Shown here in pieces: positions 1 through 12,429 of a DNA stretch of 64,000 nucleotides. Position 1 is the stretch's first letter; each line of letters begins with the position of its first letter. A model generated the notes under the pieces. That model saw nothing but the letters and a program-made list of their open reading frames with translations, did not search any database and was not told the DNA's origin. The translations under genes and the position numbers were made by a program. Origin of the DNA: Lama guanicoe (Eukaryota); assembly GCA_013239625.1 (NCBI GenBank), contig MU054400.1, positions 4,589,802-4,653,801 of the forward strand, written 5' to 3'.

Positions 1-82
1 GGATTTATTTGTTTGTTTGTAATGGACCCAGGACCTCATGCATGATGCTAAGCACGTGCTCTACCACTGAGTATACCTCCCC
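1..82 (-). mobile_element. tRNA-derived SINE (camelid Vic-1/CHR-like), partial
   Basis: Reverse complement reads GGGGAGGTATACTCAGTGGTAGAGCACGTGCTTAGC...GAGGTCCTGGGTCC; same family as the copies at 9.3, 21.8 and 24.8 kb. Confidence 0.85.
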
Positions 83-117
83 GCTAGCACGAAGCCTTTG
101 ATGATTTTGTTCAAATC

Positions 118-340
118 TGCCATTGATTCGTGTTTTCATTATCTACTGCTGTGCATGAAACCAGCCCGAACTTAGTCGCATAAAGCAGCAACAAGTGTCA
201 TTAGGAAGACGAGGAGGAGGAGGAGAAAAGGAAGCCCATCTCTCTGGTTTCCAGGGGTTGACTGGAGTCAGCCAGGCGGTTCTCACTTAGGGTCTGTCCT
301 GAGGTGCCGTCAGAGAGGACAGGGGCTGGGCTCTCCCTAA
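118..340 (-). mobile_element. Old MaLR (MLT1-type) LTR fragment
   Basis: Motifs 'ttatctactgctgtg..aac' and 'ctggagtcagccaggcggttctcacttagggtct..gaggtgccgtcaga' resemble MLT1 LTRs; diverged. Confidence 0.5.
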
Positions 341-604
341 CCTGATTTACTTTCGTTGTGTTAAAATCCCCCTAGAACCTGTAAACATGGCTCACGGAGT
401 CAAACGGATGATGATAAGAAAAAGAGGACAACAGGAAAATGGAGAACAAAGAGGAGGTAGAAAAGGTGGAGGAGAAAGAGAAAAAGAAAGCAAAGGAGGA
501 GAGACTTCCTATAGCAAGCTGATGGCCCACAACCTTGCATCTCAGGACTTGTGCCTCATCATGAACCAGCATGACACATACTCTGGACAAGGGGTTGCTA
601 TTAC

Positions 605-658
605 CGCAGTATCTCAAGAAGCAAAAGAAGCCAGGCTAAAAGTCTTTGAATTAACAAC
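605..658 (-). other. Candidate internal exon (54 nt) of the minus-strand transcript
   Basis: Long AG-free T/G-rich tract ending TGTGTTTGCAG| and donor GCG|GTAATA; no recognisable peptide. Confidence 0.3.
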
Positions 659-3372
659 CTGCAAACACAGCACCGCACAAACACAGGACACAAACGTACT
701 GTTTTCACAACTAATCCATGTGATAATTAAAGCAATCACATCTTTGATACCTATCTGTGTAAACTACGGCGAGCAATTTTGCCTGAGCATGAATAACCTC
801 ATCGCTACAAAAGAGCACTCGATTCAATGAGAGTTACCCGGTTCTGAAAAGAGTTCTGTATTCTGTGAATTACCATGAAAAATAAATATTTCCTTTTTTC
901 AGCTCTTTTGAAAAAAATTTCACAGTTAAAAACCCTTTCCCTCTTGATCTATTTTGATACACATATTTATATCATATGCATTTATAGTTCTTATGTTATT
1001 TTAATTCAAATATGCCCCCAAAGCCTATTTCTTTGGCACATTTCTAATCTCCAAAAGCCCCTGCCTTGTAGACACAAGACAGATTTCTTTCAAAATAGCA
1101 TCAGCGTTGTTTGAAATTTACAAAAGTAAACAGTTGAATGAACAAATGCTAAAGTCTTTATTTGATTCTAACGTCTTTCTATGATGTCTGTATGAAACTT
1201 TCTAAATGACCTGTGCCAAAGGTTACTGACCCTACAGGTAGGCTTAATCCTGTCCTTAAGAGCAGCTGTCATTACAGGAAGCAGGGGTTCTGGGCTCCCA
1301 GGCAGTGCTGGGCCCCCATGAAGCACTTGCTAATTAGGTGCTGACAGAGATGCCTCCTCACCCTCTCTCTGGCTCAGCCACTCAACAAGGAAGTGGTTAT
1401 AGCAGGTTTCCTGACTCAGCTATGACTTGGCTGAGGAATTCTCATCACTAAAGGGGCTTTAGCTGGAAGTTTTTACGTAAAATCATACTAAGAATTCATC
1501 CAAAGAACCATTGTTCATGATTTTTTTTTCCTTGCTATCAACAAAGATTGGCAGTCAAAATTTAGGAGATTGAATTTAGTGCTTGACCTTGGATTTTTCT
1601 GGATACTCTTGTACACAAAGAAAAGAAAATCATTTCTAAGGTGCTTTCAAAACATAACTGGCAGCACCAAATTACATTTAATTACCCAAAGAAGTAATCA
1701 GCATACCAAGAACAAAAACCCAAATGATTTCAAGTCTATGGATCTACAGTAGCCTAGAATGTGGCCACTGAAATAAACAAGTAGCTTTACCAAGGGTGCC
1801 CAGGTTTTTGGTTAAAAATGGGAGTGACTTGTCTGCTCTTGGAAACAAACCAAACATTAAAGATGTATTTAATGCATCTTTAAAACTAGAACTGCATCAT
1901 AATTTTGAAACATATTCAAGGAAGAAGGTCTGCAAAAAGCATCAAAAACTCAATCGGTCAAGGCAAGGGAGGTGTGGTGGGGGCTGCTATGTCCTCACAG
2001 GGCTCCTTTCCTTTTCCTGCTCGCTCACAGCTGGAGTACGTTTCCCAGCCTCCCTTGCAGCTAGCTTCGGCATGCTGCTGGGTTTTGACTCATGAGAGTG
2101 AAAGGGAATGGGCTACTTTGAATGAAGTATTTAAAAAGAGGGTGTGCCTTCTCTCTTTTTCCCCCCACAGCCAGGATGCAGAGGCTTGGGAACCAAGGGG
2201 AGGAGGCAGAAATGGCCACTTTCAATTTTTTACCTGATTACTTCCTGGGGAAAATTTATTTTCCCTTCCAAATCTTGGTAGTCCTAATACTCAAAGGAGA
2301 AATTCTTCTACTAGGGAATATAGTTTGGGTTCCTTTACATCAAAGGCTGAGATTATTCAACGGCACGTTTGTTCCAACAAGCAAAGGAGAGGGTCTCTGT
2401 ACTGACCAGCTGACAGGAAGACATTGAATGCTGTGACTTAACAGATGTAAGAAGCACTGCTTCTCGAACCCAGGAGGTTGGTGGGTGCCTCTTAACAATT
2501 CTTGGCCCAATACTTCTGGTCAATGGAAAACTGAGACAATACAATAAAGACAAAACAACTAAGGTCTCAGATTCCACATGACTGAAGGTTTGAGTCATCC
2601 CACCATGTAAAGAACCCTACACAGCCAAGAGGCTGCAAGAAAGCAGGGGAAATGGAGCATGGATGCTCTTCAACCTTTCATTGCTCTGCTCTGCCGCCAC
2701 TGCCTTCTGCCTTTGGACCTTTGCACATGCTGGCTTATGGCAAGAGCTGTTAATGCTCACTAAGTATCCATGTGCTCCTCTGCATTGAGTTACCAGTATC
2801 CCACATAATTTAACTTTGTGAACATGCTATACAATTAAGTACCATCTTTTTCAAATTTTTACCCCATTATTCTTTAAATAAGGTCAATTTTCTGTATCAA
2901 CAAGTTAAATTTTAAAATAAAACCACAAAATCATCTCAATGGTAACTTTAGGGAAAAAAAAACCTTAAAAATGTTTATGCCTTTTGACTTAGTCTACCTC
3001 TAGGAGTTTATGGAATCTATGGAAATTATAAAGACCAAAAAAGTGTTCACACCAAGGTATTCATTGTAGTATTAAATGTAACTGTCAAAACTGGAAACAA
3101 CTTAAGCACTGACCAATAGATAAAAGTTAATTAAATTGTGGAAATTTCATAAGACAGAATATTATATAGTTGGCAGAAGTATATTTGCAAAGAAATATTA
3201 ATGAAGTGGAGGAAATGGTTATACTAAAATAAGTGAAACACCATATACAATAGAGTCTGTATTAGATGAAACTTTCTAAAATCAAACTCTACTTGTTTGT
3301 ATTTTTTGTTTTCAGTGAGTGCTGTAGTCTGAAAATTTGTGTGTCCCCACAAAATTCATGGGTTGAAACCCT

Positions 3373-4155
3373 TTTTTTTTTATTGAAGTATAGTCAGTTA
3401 CAATGTGCCAATTTCTGCTGTACAGCATAATATTTCAGTAATACATATATATACGTATTCATCTTCATATTCTTTTTCATTATAGTTTTCCATGAGATAC
3501 TGAATTTAGTTCCCTGTGCTATATAGAGGAAATGTGGGGTTTTTTTTGTTTTTTTTTGTTTTTTTTTTTCATATTTGAATGGAACAAATTTTATTCAAAG
3601 TTTATGTGGATGTATACATTAGAGAATCCGCAAATTTGGAAGCTCAGATTGTGCAGTACTTAAGTTTTTATTTTATTTTTTTTAAAGCATTGGTATTATT
3701 TCTTTATTAAATATTTGATAGAATTCACCAGCAAAATCATCTAAACCCAGAGTTATTATTCAATATCTTTATCGCTTATAGGTTTATTCCCATTTTTTTA
3801 TTTTTTTTAACATTTTTTATTGATTTATAATCATTTTACAATGTTGTGTCAAAACATTTTTTATTATAATCATTTTACAATGTTGTGTCAAATTCCAGTG
3901 TTCAGCACAATTTTTCAGTCATTCATGGACATATACACACTCATTGTCACATTTTTTTCTCGGAAATGTGTTTTTTTATCTAGTTAATATTTGCAGATCT
4001 CAAACTCCCCATTTAATCCTTCCCACTCCCTTTCCCCCTGGTAACCATAAGTTTGTTTACTGTGTCTGTGAGTCTGTTTCTGTTTTATATATAAGTTCAT
4101 TTGTCTTTTTTTAATTTTTGAATTTTTTTTTTAGATTCCACATATGAGTGATATC
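3373..4155 (-). mobile_element. Lineage-specific L1 3' end (interrupted at 3537-3970)
   Basis: PolyT + 'attgaagtatagtcagttacaatgt..tttagattccacatatgagtgatat'; degenerate 16-bp TSD at 3357-3372 and 4156-4171 (3 mismatches). Confidence 0.85.
3537..3961 (-). mobile_element. Young 5'-truncated L1 3' end with 3'-transduced sequence
   Basis: L1 part 3809-3961 matches 46082 onward in reverse complement; flanked by GGAAATGTG at 3528-3536 and 3962-3970; three T-runs. Confidence 0.85.
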
Positions 4156-6189
4156 CGTGTGTTGAAATCCTAATGCTCAGTATGATGGCAGTGGGAGGCG
4201 AGCCTTTGGGAAGTCCTTAGGCCATGACGGCTGAGCCCTCAGGAATGGGATTAGTGTCCCTACGAAAGAGACCTCAGAGTGCACGCTCCCTCACCTCTGC
4301 TAACACATGATCAGGGAAAAGGTGCCCTCTATGAATCAGGAAGCCCTCAGCAAACACCAAACCTGCCGGTGCCGTAATCCTGCTCTTCCCAGCCTCCAGA
4401 ACTGTGAGAAATAGATGTTTACCGTTTATCAACCACCCAGTCTGTGACATTTTGTTATAGCAGCCCAAATGGACCAAGACAATGAGCATGAGTCTCTGCT
4501 ACTTTTAGAATCAGGTGAAAAAGAAAAGGTAAGTGTTCAATTCACATAGGATTTTTATCTTAGGTTTCCATCCGTGCCACAGAGTTAGACCAGCATGAAG
4601 TACTAGGAACTTACAACATAACAGTCCTTATCTATTAATTTTAAGTTTAGGCTTTCCAAAAATCTTAAAGAATGTGAAAAATGAATTTTTAGTAAGTCTA
4701 ATCCTTCCAGCCAAGACCTGGATATAACACGGCCATGATCCAGCAGAGAACAACAGAACTGAGGTCTGGGTCTCTTCCATGGATCGTGTCCCCTGTGGCT
4801 CCCTGACTTGAAGGAAACAAAAAAGGAGGGGCAAGGACACAGGCATTCACCAGTTCTTTTTTTTTTTTTTTAAACATCCTCAGAAAAGCTCTAAAGAGAC
4901 TGCTGGTAGCAAGAGTCTGCAAAAGAAGTAAACAGTTTTTGATTTGTTGACTTCATATGTAACTCTAACCATTCTGAAATAAGCAACTACAGAGAATTAT
5001 TTTGTGAGAACACCTAATGCAACAGAGTTAGTGAAGCTCTCAAAACCAAATGTACTGTGTTACTCTTAAAAGTTAAAAAAAAAAAAAATTTCAGGCTCTT
5101 CCCGGCAATTAGGTGCCCGGTGGTTAAATCATAAAGATAAATCATTATCCTGTATGGAAACAGGCAGATAAAAAAGTATTTCCCTAAACTCTCATCCAGT
5201 GATCTGATTACATTTCCTGGATCACAGAGCAAACATGCTTAGAAAAATGCGTTTCCCTTATTGGTGCCATTTGGAAGATGCGTGCTTGACCTTGCTTTCC
5301 TTCCATGTCTACAGAGTAAATCTGAGGTTGGGTCCTCCCATGTTTCCTATAGGGCAGCCAAGGAAGTGTTCAGGCATGCAAGCGTGTCAAAAACAGACAC
5401 AACACTGTGACAGAACCAGAGGGCAGCTACAGTCTCCTCTGAGGTCCTATTATGCCTTGAATTCCAAAATTTTAGGCTGATTTCTCCCATTGTGAGGATT
5501 TTCTGGGCCAAATCAATTAATGACCGGTTTATGGATCTCCATTTCCCTTCCACTCAAAATACAGTGGACTCCTTTCACATTAGAATTGCAATGCAGTCTC
5601 TATCCCTATGAAAAAAATTATCAGGCTCAGATATCTAACCTCCAAAGCAAGATTCAGTTTCGTTTTTTGAAGCATATTAGAACCACGATAGAACTAGTGA
5701 TCAGAAACAAATTAAGTGAAGCAGATAACTTTAAAACTGCTTAATACTACATTCATGTTGAATTCTAAGTATCTGCTGTCAACTAAAGATGAAGAATTCA
5801 TTAGTACTGTAGTTTATTTCAACATGTTTCATTGTTTTCTCTTTGCCCCATCTTGCCCTGTTCCAACCCATTATCCAGGATGAAACCTGAGCTATCTTGT
5901 AAAAGCCACACATCTGATCTCAAGACTTCCCTTTTTTAATAACCCTTCAATGGCTCCCATTATCCTTTGAGTGAAGGACAAGTTCCCCAACATGTCTCCC
6001 AAGTTCCCAAATAATCTGGCCTCCTGTCTGTCTTTTCCATTACAGCTGCCCCTGAACCCTTCAGATTTCCTATGCTCCTGCCTACCTAGGGCTTCTCAAA
6101 AATGCAGCACAGCCTCCTCCTATGATCTTTGTATGTGCTGTTCTCTTGTAGAAACTTAGTGCTCAACCTGCATCCAAGTCTTTCTAATT

Positions 6190-6480
6190 CCCAGACCCTA
6201 TGCATCTAGAAGGATCACATGATTGATGTTCACCAATGATGTGCAAGCAAACCTGATGAGCCTTCTCCAGTCCAAGGACAAGTCAGTCTCTCTCCCACCT
6301 GGAAGTGAAGGGCTACAGAGTTGCAAAGCAGAAGCAGCCTAGGTCCCAGAGTCACTGCGTGGCAGAAAGTCATGTGGCAGAGCTACCTGGCCCACCTTGG
6401 ACTTGAGTGAAAAATAACCCTTTATTCTGTTACATCACTGAGATTTGGGAGTGTTTCCTACTACAGCAGCTAGCACTGAT
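6190..6480 (+). mobile_element. Old MLT1-type LTR fragment
   Basis: 'gcagcctaggtcccagagtcactgcgtgg..ggacttgagtgaaaaataaccctttatt..ctgagatttgggagtgtt..actacagca'. Confidence 0.65.
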
Positions 6481-7015
6481 GACCTCTCAGCCTATAAAAT
6501 GCTCTCCCCACTTTTCACTCCTACCTCCCACCACCATCAATTTTCACCTCACTTCTATTTCTCTTTAAACCTCAGCATAGATCTCTTTCTCCAGGACTCT
6601 ATTCCTCGCACAACAGATCTCATGTATATTTCTTTCATGAATTCATTTATTGTATTTCACTATAATGACTCCATTAAAGTTCTTTATTTCTGTATGGACT
6701 GTAAGCTCCAAAAGAGAAGGAGCTCAGTTTACACTGTTCCCCACTGGATCCCCACATTTTGGATTGTACCAATGTCAATTTCCTGGTTTTGTTATAGTAA
6801 TTAAGACATTACCCTTGGGGAAAACTGGGTGAAGAGTACAAACTTCTTTTAAAACTTACTGTGAATCCATAATTATTTCAAAATAAAACAATACTGAATA
6901 AAAGAAATCTTGCAGAAAAAAAGAGTGAATGAAGGAACAGGAACTTGGTTTCCAGCTACTGTAAAAATGGCAATATAATTTTGCTCATTGAGGCAATAAA
7001 TTTGTATTGAACATC

Positions 7016-7440
7016 TGAAAGACTTAACACACAAATGGACAATGGCCAAACAATATGTAAAAATAGAACTCTGATCCACAATCTACAGCAACCAGTCCAG
7101 AAAGCCAATCCATTATTTACAGTAACCAGACCAAGAAATCAGCCAGTCTCTAAATCTGTAAGTCAGACTGGTAGGAAGTCATACCACTATCTCTAGCAAC
7201 CAGTCCAGGATGCCAAACAATAACCTCTGGAGTAATCATCCCTAAATGGCCAGGATTAATTAATAATAATTAAATGGTCTAATTAATTAATAACCGACAG
7301 CTTCTCCAATTTTTGTCTCCACTTCTGACTTAGAACCAGCCAAAGAAAGCCAAATATGTACCCTAAACCAATCACATAGGATGCCTATTTCAACTTAGCC
7401 CTCCCCAGGCCACCGGCCTCCAATCAGAGCACGCACGAAG
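7016..7440 (+). mobile_element. ERV1-class LTR fragment (subfamily uncertain)
   Basis: TG start, repeated 'agcaaccagtccag..gccaa' units, 'ccaatcacataggatgcc' and 'ccaatcagagc' boxes. Confidence 0.65.
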
Positions 7441-8118
7441 CACTGAAAAAGGCTGCCTCATGTTCACGGTCTTTTGACATCCACTCAGCAACTTAAGAAT
7501 GGGCCTCGGGCCTGGGACACTTTCTTACCAAGAGATACAGTCCTCACAGCCTGTGAGGCTTATCACCTTGTGTGGGAATCTTTCCCTGCTTCAGGCTTAA
7601 AGAACATTCTTTTGTCTCTGCTTAAAGCATGTTCATCATGTGGTACTTGGCCAACCCTCCTGTTATATCTGTCCTCCACTGGGAGGGGGCAGTGTCTTTC
7701 TACTGCAACACAAGAGGGGGGCACATAGGCAAGGTGCCCTGTGTCAGCTGTCAGGGGGAACCCGCTGGCCATGGGGGACCGATGTCCACTACTGGAGCTG
7801 ATCTTGCTCTGTCTCTTCTCTACGGGAGCAGACTGCTTTTCCATCCAGTGCTTTCCTTAGTGAGTCTGATACAGAGATGCAGTGGACAGAAGTGTTCAGA
7901 GTTCTTCCCCGGGATTGGTAGGTGGTGGTCCCCTACTCCCTGGGCACTGATAACACAGCACAGGGCTGGACATAAAGACTTCCATTGTCTTCGCTCTAAA
8001 GCTTTCCCACTTCTCTGCCTGCTCTTGAATCTCTGCCGTCATGTAAGTGATGGTGGCTGACTCCCGTGCTACAGCACACTCTGAGTGAAGAAGAGCAGGG
8101 CAAGTCAGATTCAACCTC

Positions 8119-8293
8119 CAGCAGCTCCTGTGGAACCTGGACAACAGCATCGGCATCACCTGGGACCATGTTAGAAATGCAAGTTCTCAGGCCCCATCCC
8201 AGACCTACTGAATCAGAAACTCTGGGGGTGGGGCCCACGATCTGTTTGAGCAAGACCCCCAGGTGCTGCTCGTCCTCCAGTCTGAGAACCACA
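8119..8293. mobile_element. MER5A-like hAT-Charlie DNA transposon
   Basis: 'cagcatcggcatcacctggga..tgttagaaatgcaagttctcaggccccatcccagacctactgaatcagaaactctgggggtggggccca..tgagaaccac'. Confidence 0.9.
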
Positions 8294-9271
8294 GCAATAT
8301 AATGGCATCTGAATTACCTTCTGTTCCAAAGGCTTTTATCCTTTGGGGCCTGCTCATAAGCAGCACCAGAAGGTTCCTTCCCCACGAGAAGGTCCTACCA
8401 GTCTGTTATTCTCCGAGTCATCACTACCAAGCACCGGACAAGCCCCATCTGAACAGCTGGGACAGCACATGCCTCCTCTGGGATCCATGCCTTCTGCGGA
8501 ACACAGCAATACCCTTTGCAACATGCTGCATGTGTCTCCCTCTCTTTTTTTTCCTGTGCCACCTGGTATTATGATCTGTTAGAAGACAAACACACCGATT
8601 TTGCTGTGCCCAGTTACTAACTGTTCTTGAGAATCAGCCAAATTAGTCTTGTGACATGGCTTCCTTCCTACTGACTGTTGCTTTATATTTTTAGAGACGT
8701 CTGAGTGTGGGTCTCACATGTGGAAGTGGATGTCCTCTAAGCTCTAAGTTCCCAATATCTATGGGCTTCCCTCCAGGTCATAATACTGGTTACAAAGCCT
8801 TGGAACACAGTAGATGAAAAAGATGAAGTGGAGGAATTTTGCCTTCAAGGTTTTAACTTATGAGTTGAAACTTCCTGACTTAGAAGCGTTATGAAACAAA
8901 TTATTCTTTTCAGAAGCACCACAGTGGGTTTCCAACAGTTGAAACCAGGAACAGATCTACATGATGTGGCCTCTAAAACAATCTCAGGATTCCTCTTTCT
9001 TGAAAAGGATGGAAAAGAGGGTACAATATGAGGAAGATCAGAAGTCACAACAAAAATACAAATTTTTGAAAACTGATGAATTATCACAAGCAGCATAAAA
9101 CCAACAGGAAAATAATATAAAATAAATAAAATACAAAAACGAATTCCTGACATATCTCTATAGTTTCCTTCCTACATTTTCAGCTGCATGCTCTTTATTT
9201 TATTTTTCAGTCATGATAGAGACCCTGAGTCTCTACCATTGTTCACTGTTAACTATTTTTTAAATAGTATT

Positions 9272-9419
9272 TTTTTAATTTTTTCTATTTTTTTATAATT
9301 AGGAAGATAATTAGGTTTATTTATTTATTGTCTGTTTTAACAGAGGCACTGGGGATTGAACCCAAGACCTCATGCATGATAAGCACGTGCTCTACAATTG
9401 AGCTATATACCCTTCCCCC
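9272..9419 (-). mobile_element. tRNA-derived SINE nested in the tail of the adjacent SINE
   Basis: A/B-box head; flanking TAAATAGTATT 9261-9271 and TAAGTAGCATT 9420-9430. Confidence 0.9.
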
Positions 9420-9430
9420 TAAGTAGCATT

Positions 9431-9486
9431 TATTTTTATTTAATTTTTTATGCTTATTTTTTATGGAGGGAGGTAATTAGGTTTAT

Positions 9487-9529
<43 letters not shown>

Positions 9530-9610
9530 TTTAACAGAGGTGCTGGGGATTGAACCCAGGACCTCGTGTGTGTTATGCATGCGCTCTACTACTCAGCTAC
9601 ACCCACCCCC
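9431..9610 (-). mobile_element. tRNA-derived SINE with internal (TTAG)n expansion
   Basis: 'ctggggattgaacccaggacctcgtg..gcgctctactactcagctacacccacccc'; (TTAG)n at about 9487-9527. Confidence 0.9.
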
Positions 9611-11719
9611 TGCATGTTCTTTAGAACCTCTTCATATAACAAAGATTTTGTAACAGTACATACAAGATCAAAGAACTTTTCTCTAGCATGGTTGATCAGA
9701 TTTTTTAAATGGACAACTTAGAAAACTTCAGCATCACAACCGCAATTGATGATGTTTTAGAAATTGTTGTCAAATTCAGGAAGACTTCTATCAAGTTTCC
9801 GTCACATATGAGCTTTCCAATTGGAAAGAGTTTTCACAGACTGGCTCCAGGCTCCACATTCCCCCACCTCTCATATATTTGGGTACTAGGCCCCTCATGT
9901 CTTGCCCCAGGAAAGCAGCAGAGTGGGCCATTTCTCTGTAAGGACAGAACCAATAACTGAACTGTTTGAACTGAGAGCAAATCAAATACGTAGATTCCAC
10001 TAAACCCAAATTAGATGGGTCCCCAACTCAACTTTCCCTAAGATGGTTCCCAAAAACATCCTTGGCCACTTGACCTCCTGCTGTATGATGGGGGGATGTG
10101 CCTGAGGGGAAGTTGGAGAAAAGAGAGGCTAAATAAACTATCTAACATTTGTACCTTTTAGAGTACATGACATCGTGAGCACGTTGCTGGAGCTGGTGCA
10201 AGGAAGGGGCCCTGAAACTCAGCTTCCTCAGAAAACCCACCTCCAATCAAGCGTGAGAAGCCACGTTTGAGTCCCTGATGCGCCCTGGCAGGTGAAGGTA
10301 AGTTCCGGGCCTGTAACTGACAACCGAGGAAAAGGGGAGGACAGAAGGGGGAAAGAAGGTGATAAGAAAACATTGGCGGCCTGAGGCTAGTATATGAAGG
10401 GGAAAAGGTACCCTGAAGAATATGAGCGTTTCTAAAGACGCAAAGGCGCTCGCCTGTGCTGCTCCAGCTAGTCTGCAACTCGGAGCACACGTGTCCGCCA
10501 AGCAAATTTGTCATAAATGATTAACTTCTGGAAGAACAAATCATTTGACCTCTCCAGCTGAACAAACACAGAGCTCCGGTAACTGAAAGAGCCGAAGGCA
10601 ATGCTTCAGCAACACTGAACACATTTTCATAAAAGTCCTGCCATTTTATGTCACAAGAGCCTGGGGGGAGCTTAGGTAATGGCATCTCTTTAGCTAAAGG
10701 CAAAGAATTCCTGGGTCGGGTGGCGGCTGCAGTTCATGAAAGATACAGGGAATGGCTTCAGGTCTCAGAGCGATTTTGCTGCAGCTTTGTGGTTCTTAAA
10801 GGGAGAGTTTGATTTAGGAAAAGACTCCAGTTTCTGGGATGTCAACAAAGAAACTGAACAAAGGCAGCAAAATAGTGCAAGGAGCCACTGAGGAATGCCA
10901 TGTGCAAGTTTCCAGTGACTCCCCGTCTTTTTTCCTAAGGGCTCAGCCATCACAATTTACACAAAATAGCTTTTAGTTAGAGGAGTTCTTTGAACTACAG
11001 AATGCAAATGTGCAATCACAGGAATTCCAAGTTTCCCTGTTCTGAGCTGCTTTCTTTCCCAAGTAGGTTTTTAAATAAGGAAAAGGACCCCTGAACCCAG
11101 GGAATTTTTATTTCATTCAGCAAGGACTTTCACAAATAAAATGCAAATGAGCATAGGAAAAATTAATTAGAAACAAAGATTAGAAATCCTTTTCATTAAG
11201 TCCATAAAAACCACCATTCCCCCAAAAGAAAACTTGAAGAAATGTTAATACAGTAAAATTAAAATGCAAGTCACCACTTGTTTTCTTTGCCTTGACCTTG
11301 TTAAACTAAAATTAATGATCTGATCAGCCCAGAGACCATGTCTTAAAGGGCATTTCCCCTATAAAGCAGAAGGTCAGATCTGTTCTGAAGCCTACACCTG
11401 ACCCAAAGTTACTGAGAAACCAGTGTTCTTTTTCCCTTTAGGTCCTAAAAGCCAGCACCCGCCGAACAGCAAGACAGTAGCCCTGAGTGTTGGCTGCCTT
11501 CTTTGGACGAGGCATCAAATACGTGGCAATTCTTGCAATATGTGAAAAAATGATTACAGCTTTATTTTAAATTTTACCCACATGGATACACATACAGGGC
11601 CACTTACAGTTTCATCTTAAGCTTAAAAAGTTGAAAAGACAGAAATAACGTATGAATAATCACATAAAACAAACCACATTCACATTTACAGCAACTACAT
11701 TATATCATTTATATGTAAT

Positions 11720-11800
11720 GTTTTTTTTCTTTAATGGAGGTACTGGGGACTGAACCCTGTGTTAAGCATATGCTCTGCCACTGAGCTATATCCACTCCCC
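11720..11800 (-). mobile_element. Short tRNA-derived SINE
   Basis: 'ggaggtactggggactgaaccc..tgctctgccactgagctatatccactcccc'. Confidence 0.85.
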
Positions 11801-12429
11801 TGCAATGCATTCTTTAAGAAAATAAATATCTTTTAAGTTTCAAAGAGTGCTCATCATGAAAAAAACTTGGAAAAGAAAGAAAAACAGGAGAAAAAAAATC
11901 ACCAGTGTATCTAACATCCATATACAATCATGCCAACCTATGGGCTTATCTTATTCTGATACTTTTGCTATTCATATTTTTTATATATAAATGTCAATAT
12001 GTGGAGTATTCAATATTTTATAGGCTGAGTTTCAGTTTTTCCTGATTATACAAATAATATCTGCTTTTTGGAAATCATTTGTATAATACAGAAAATTGTA
12101 CATCTAAAATGCCACCATCCAGAGAGAACATTTTAAATATGTTGGTGTAATTCTTTACTTTTTTTTCTCTTTTTTTAAAACCCAAATAAGTAAATTTATG
12201 TTCACATTCTTGTTTAATTTGTTGTTTTTTTTTTTTCAGAGTGCTTAGGATGCCCTAGAATGATAGGGAAGCCTAACAAGACAATACATAATAGAATAAA
12301 GTGCTGTCATCTAGAAAATATCGAGAAAGTATGGAGAGGGAGGCATATACAAAAAACAAAATCAGCGCAAGTTCTGGAAAGAAAGAAAACTTTCACACGC
12401 GGCAAGAAAGAACATGGGGGGTGGGGGCG

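Larger units (their letters stand above)
3322..4482 (+). mobile_element. MLT1A/B-type MaLR LTR, split by nested L1 insertions (LTR parts about 3322-3372 and 4156-4482)
   Basis: Start 'tgtagtctgaaaatttgtgtgtcccc..aaattcatg..ttgaaaccct' resumes at 'ttgaaatcctaa' and ends 'ccagcctccagaactgtgagaaat..ttgttatagcagcccaaatggaccaagaca'. Confidence 0.85.

Noticed and set aside
387..830. 147-aa plus-strand ORF
   Set aside because: The N-terminal half derives from a GA-rich low-complexity tract; no recognisable domain or supporting gene structure.
4700..4830. Candidate minus-strand exon with a good acceptor near 4805
   Set aside because: No convincing donor and no recognisable peptide in any frame.
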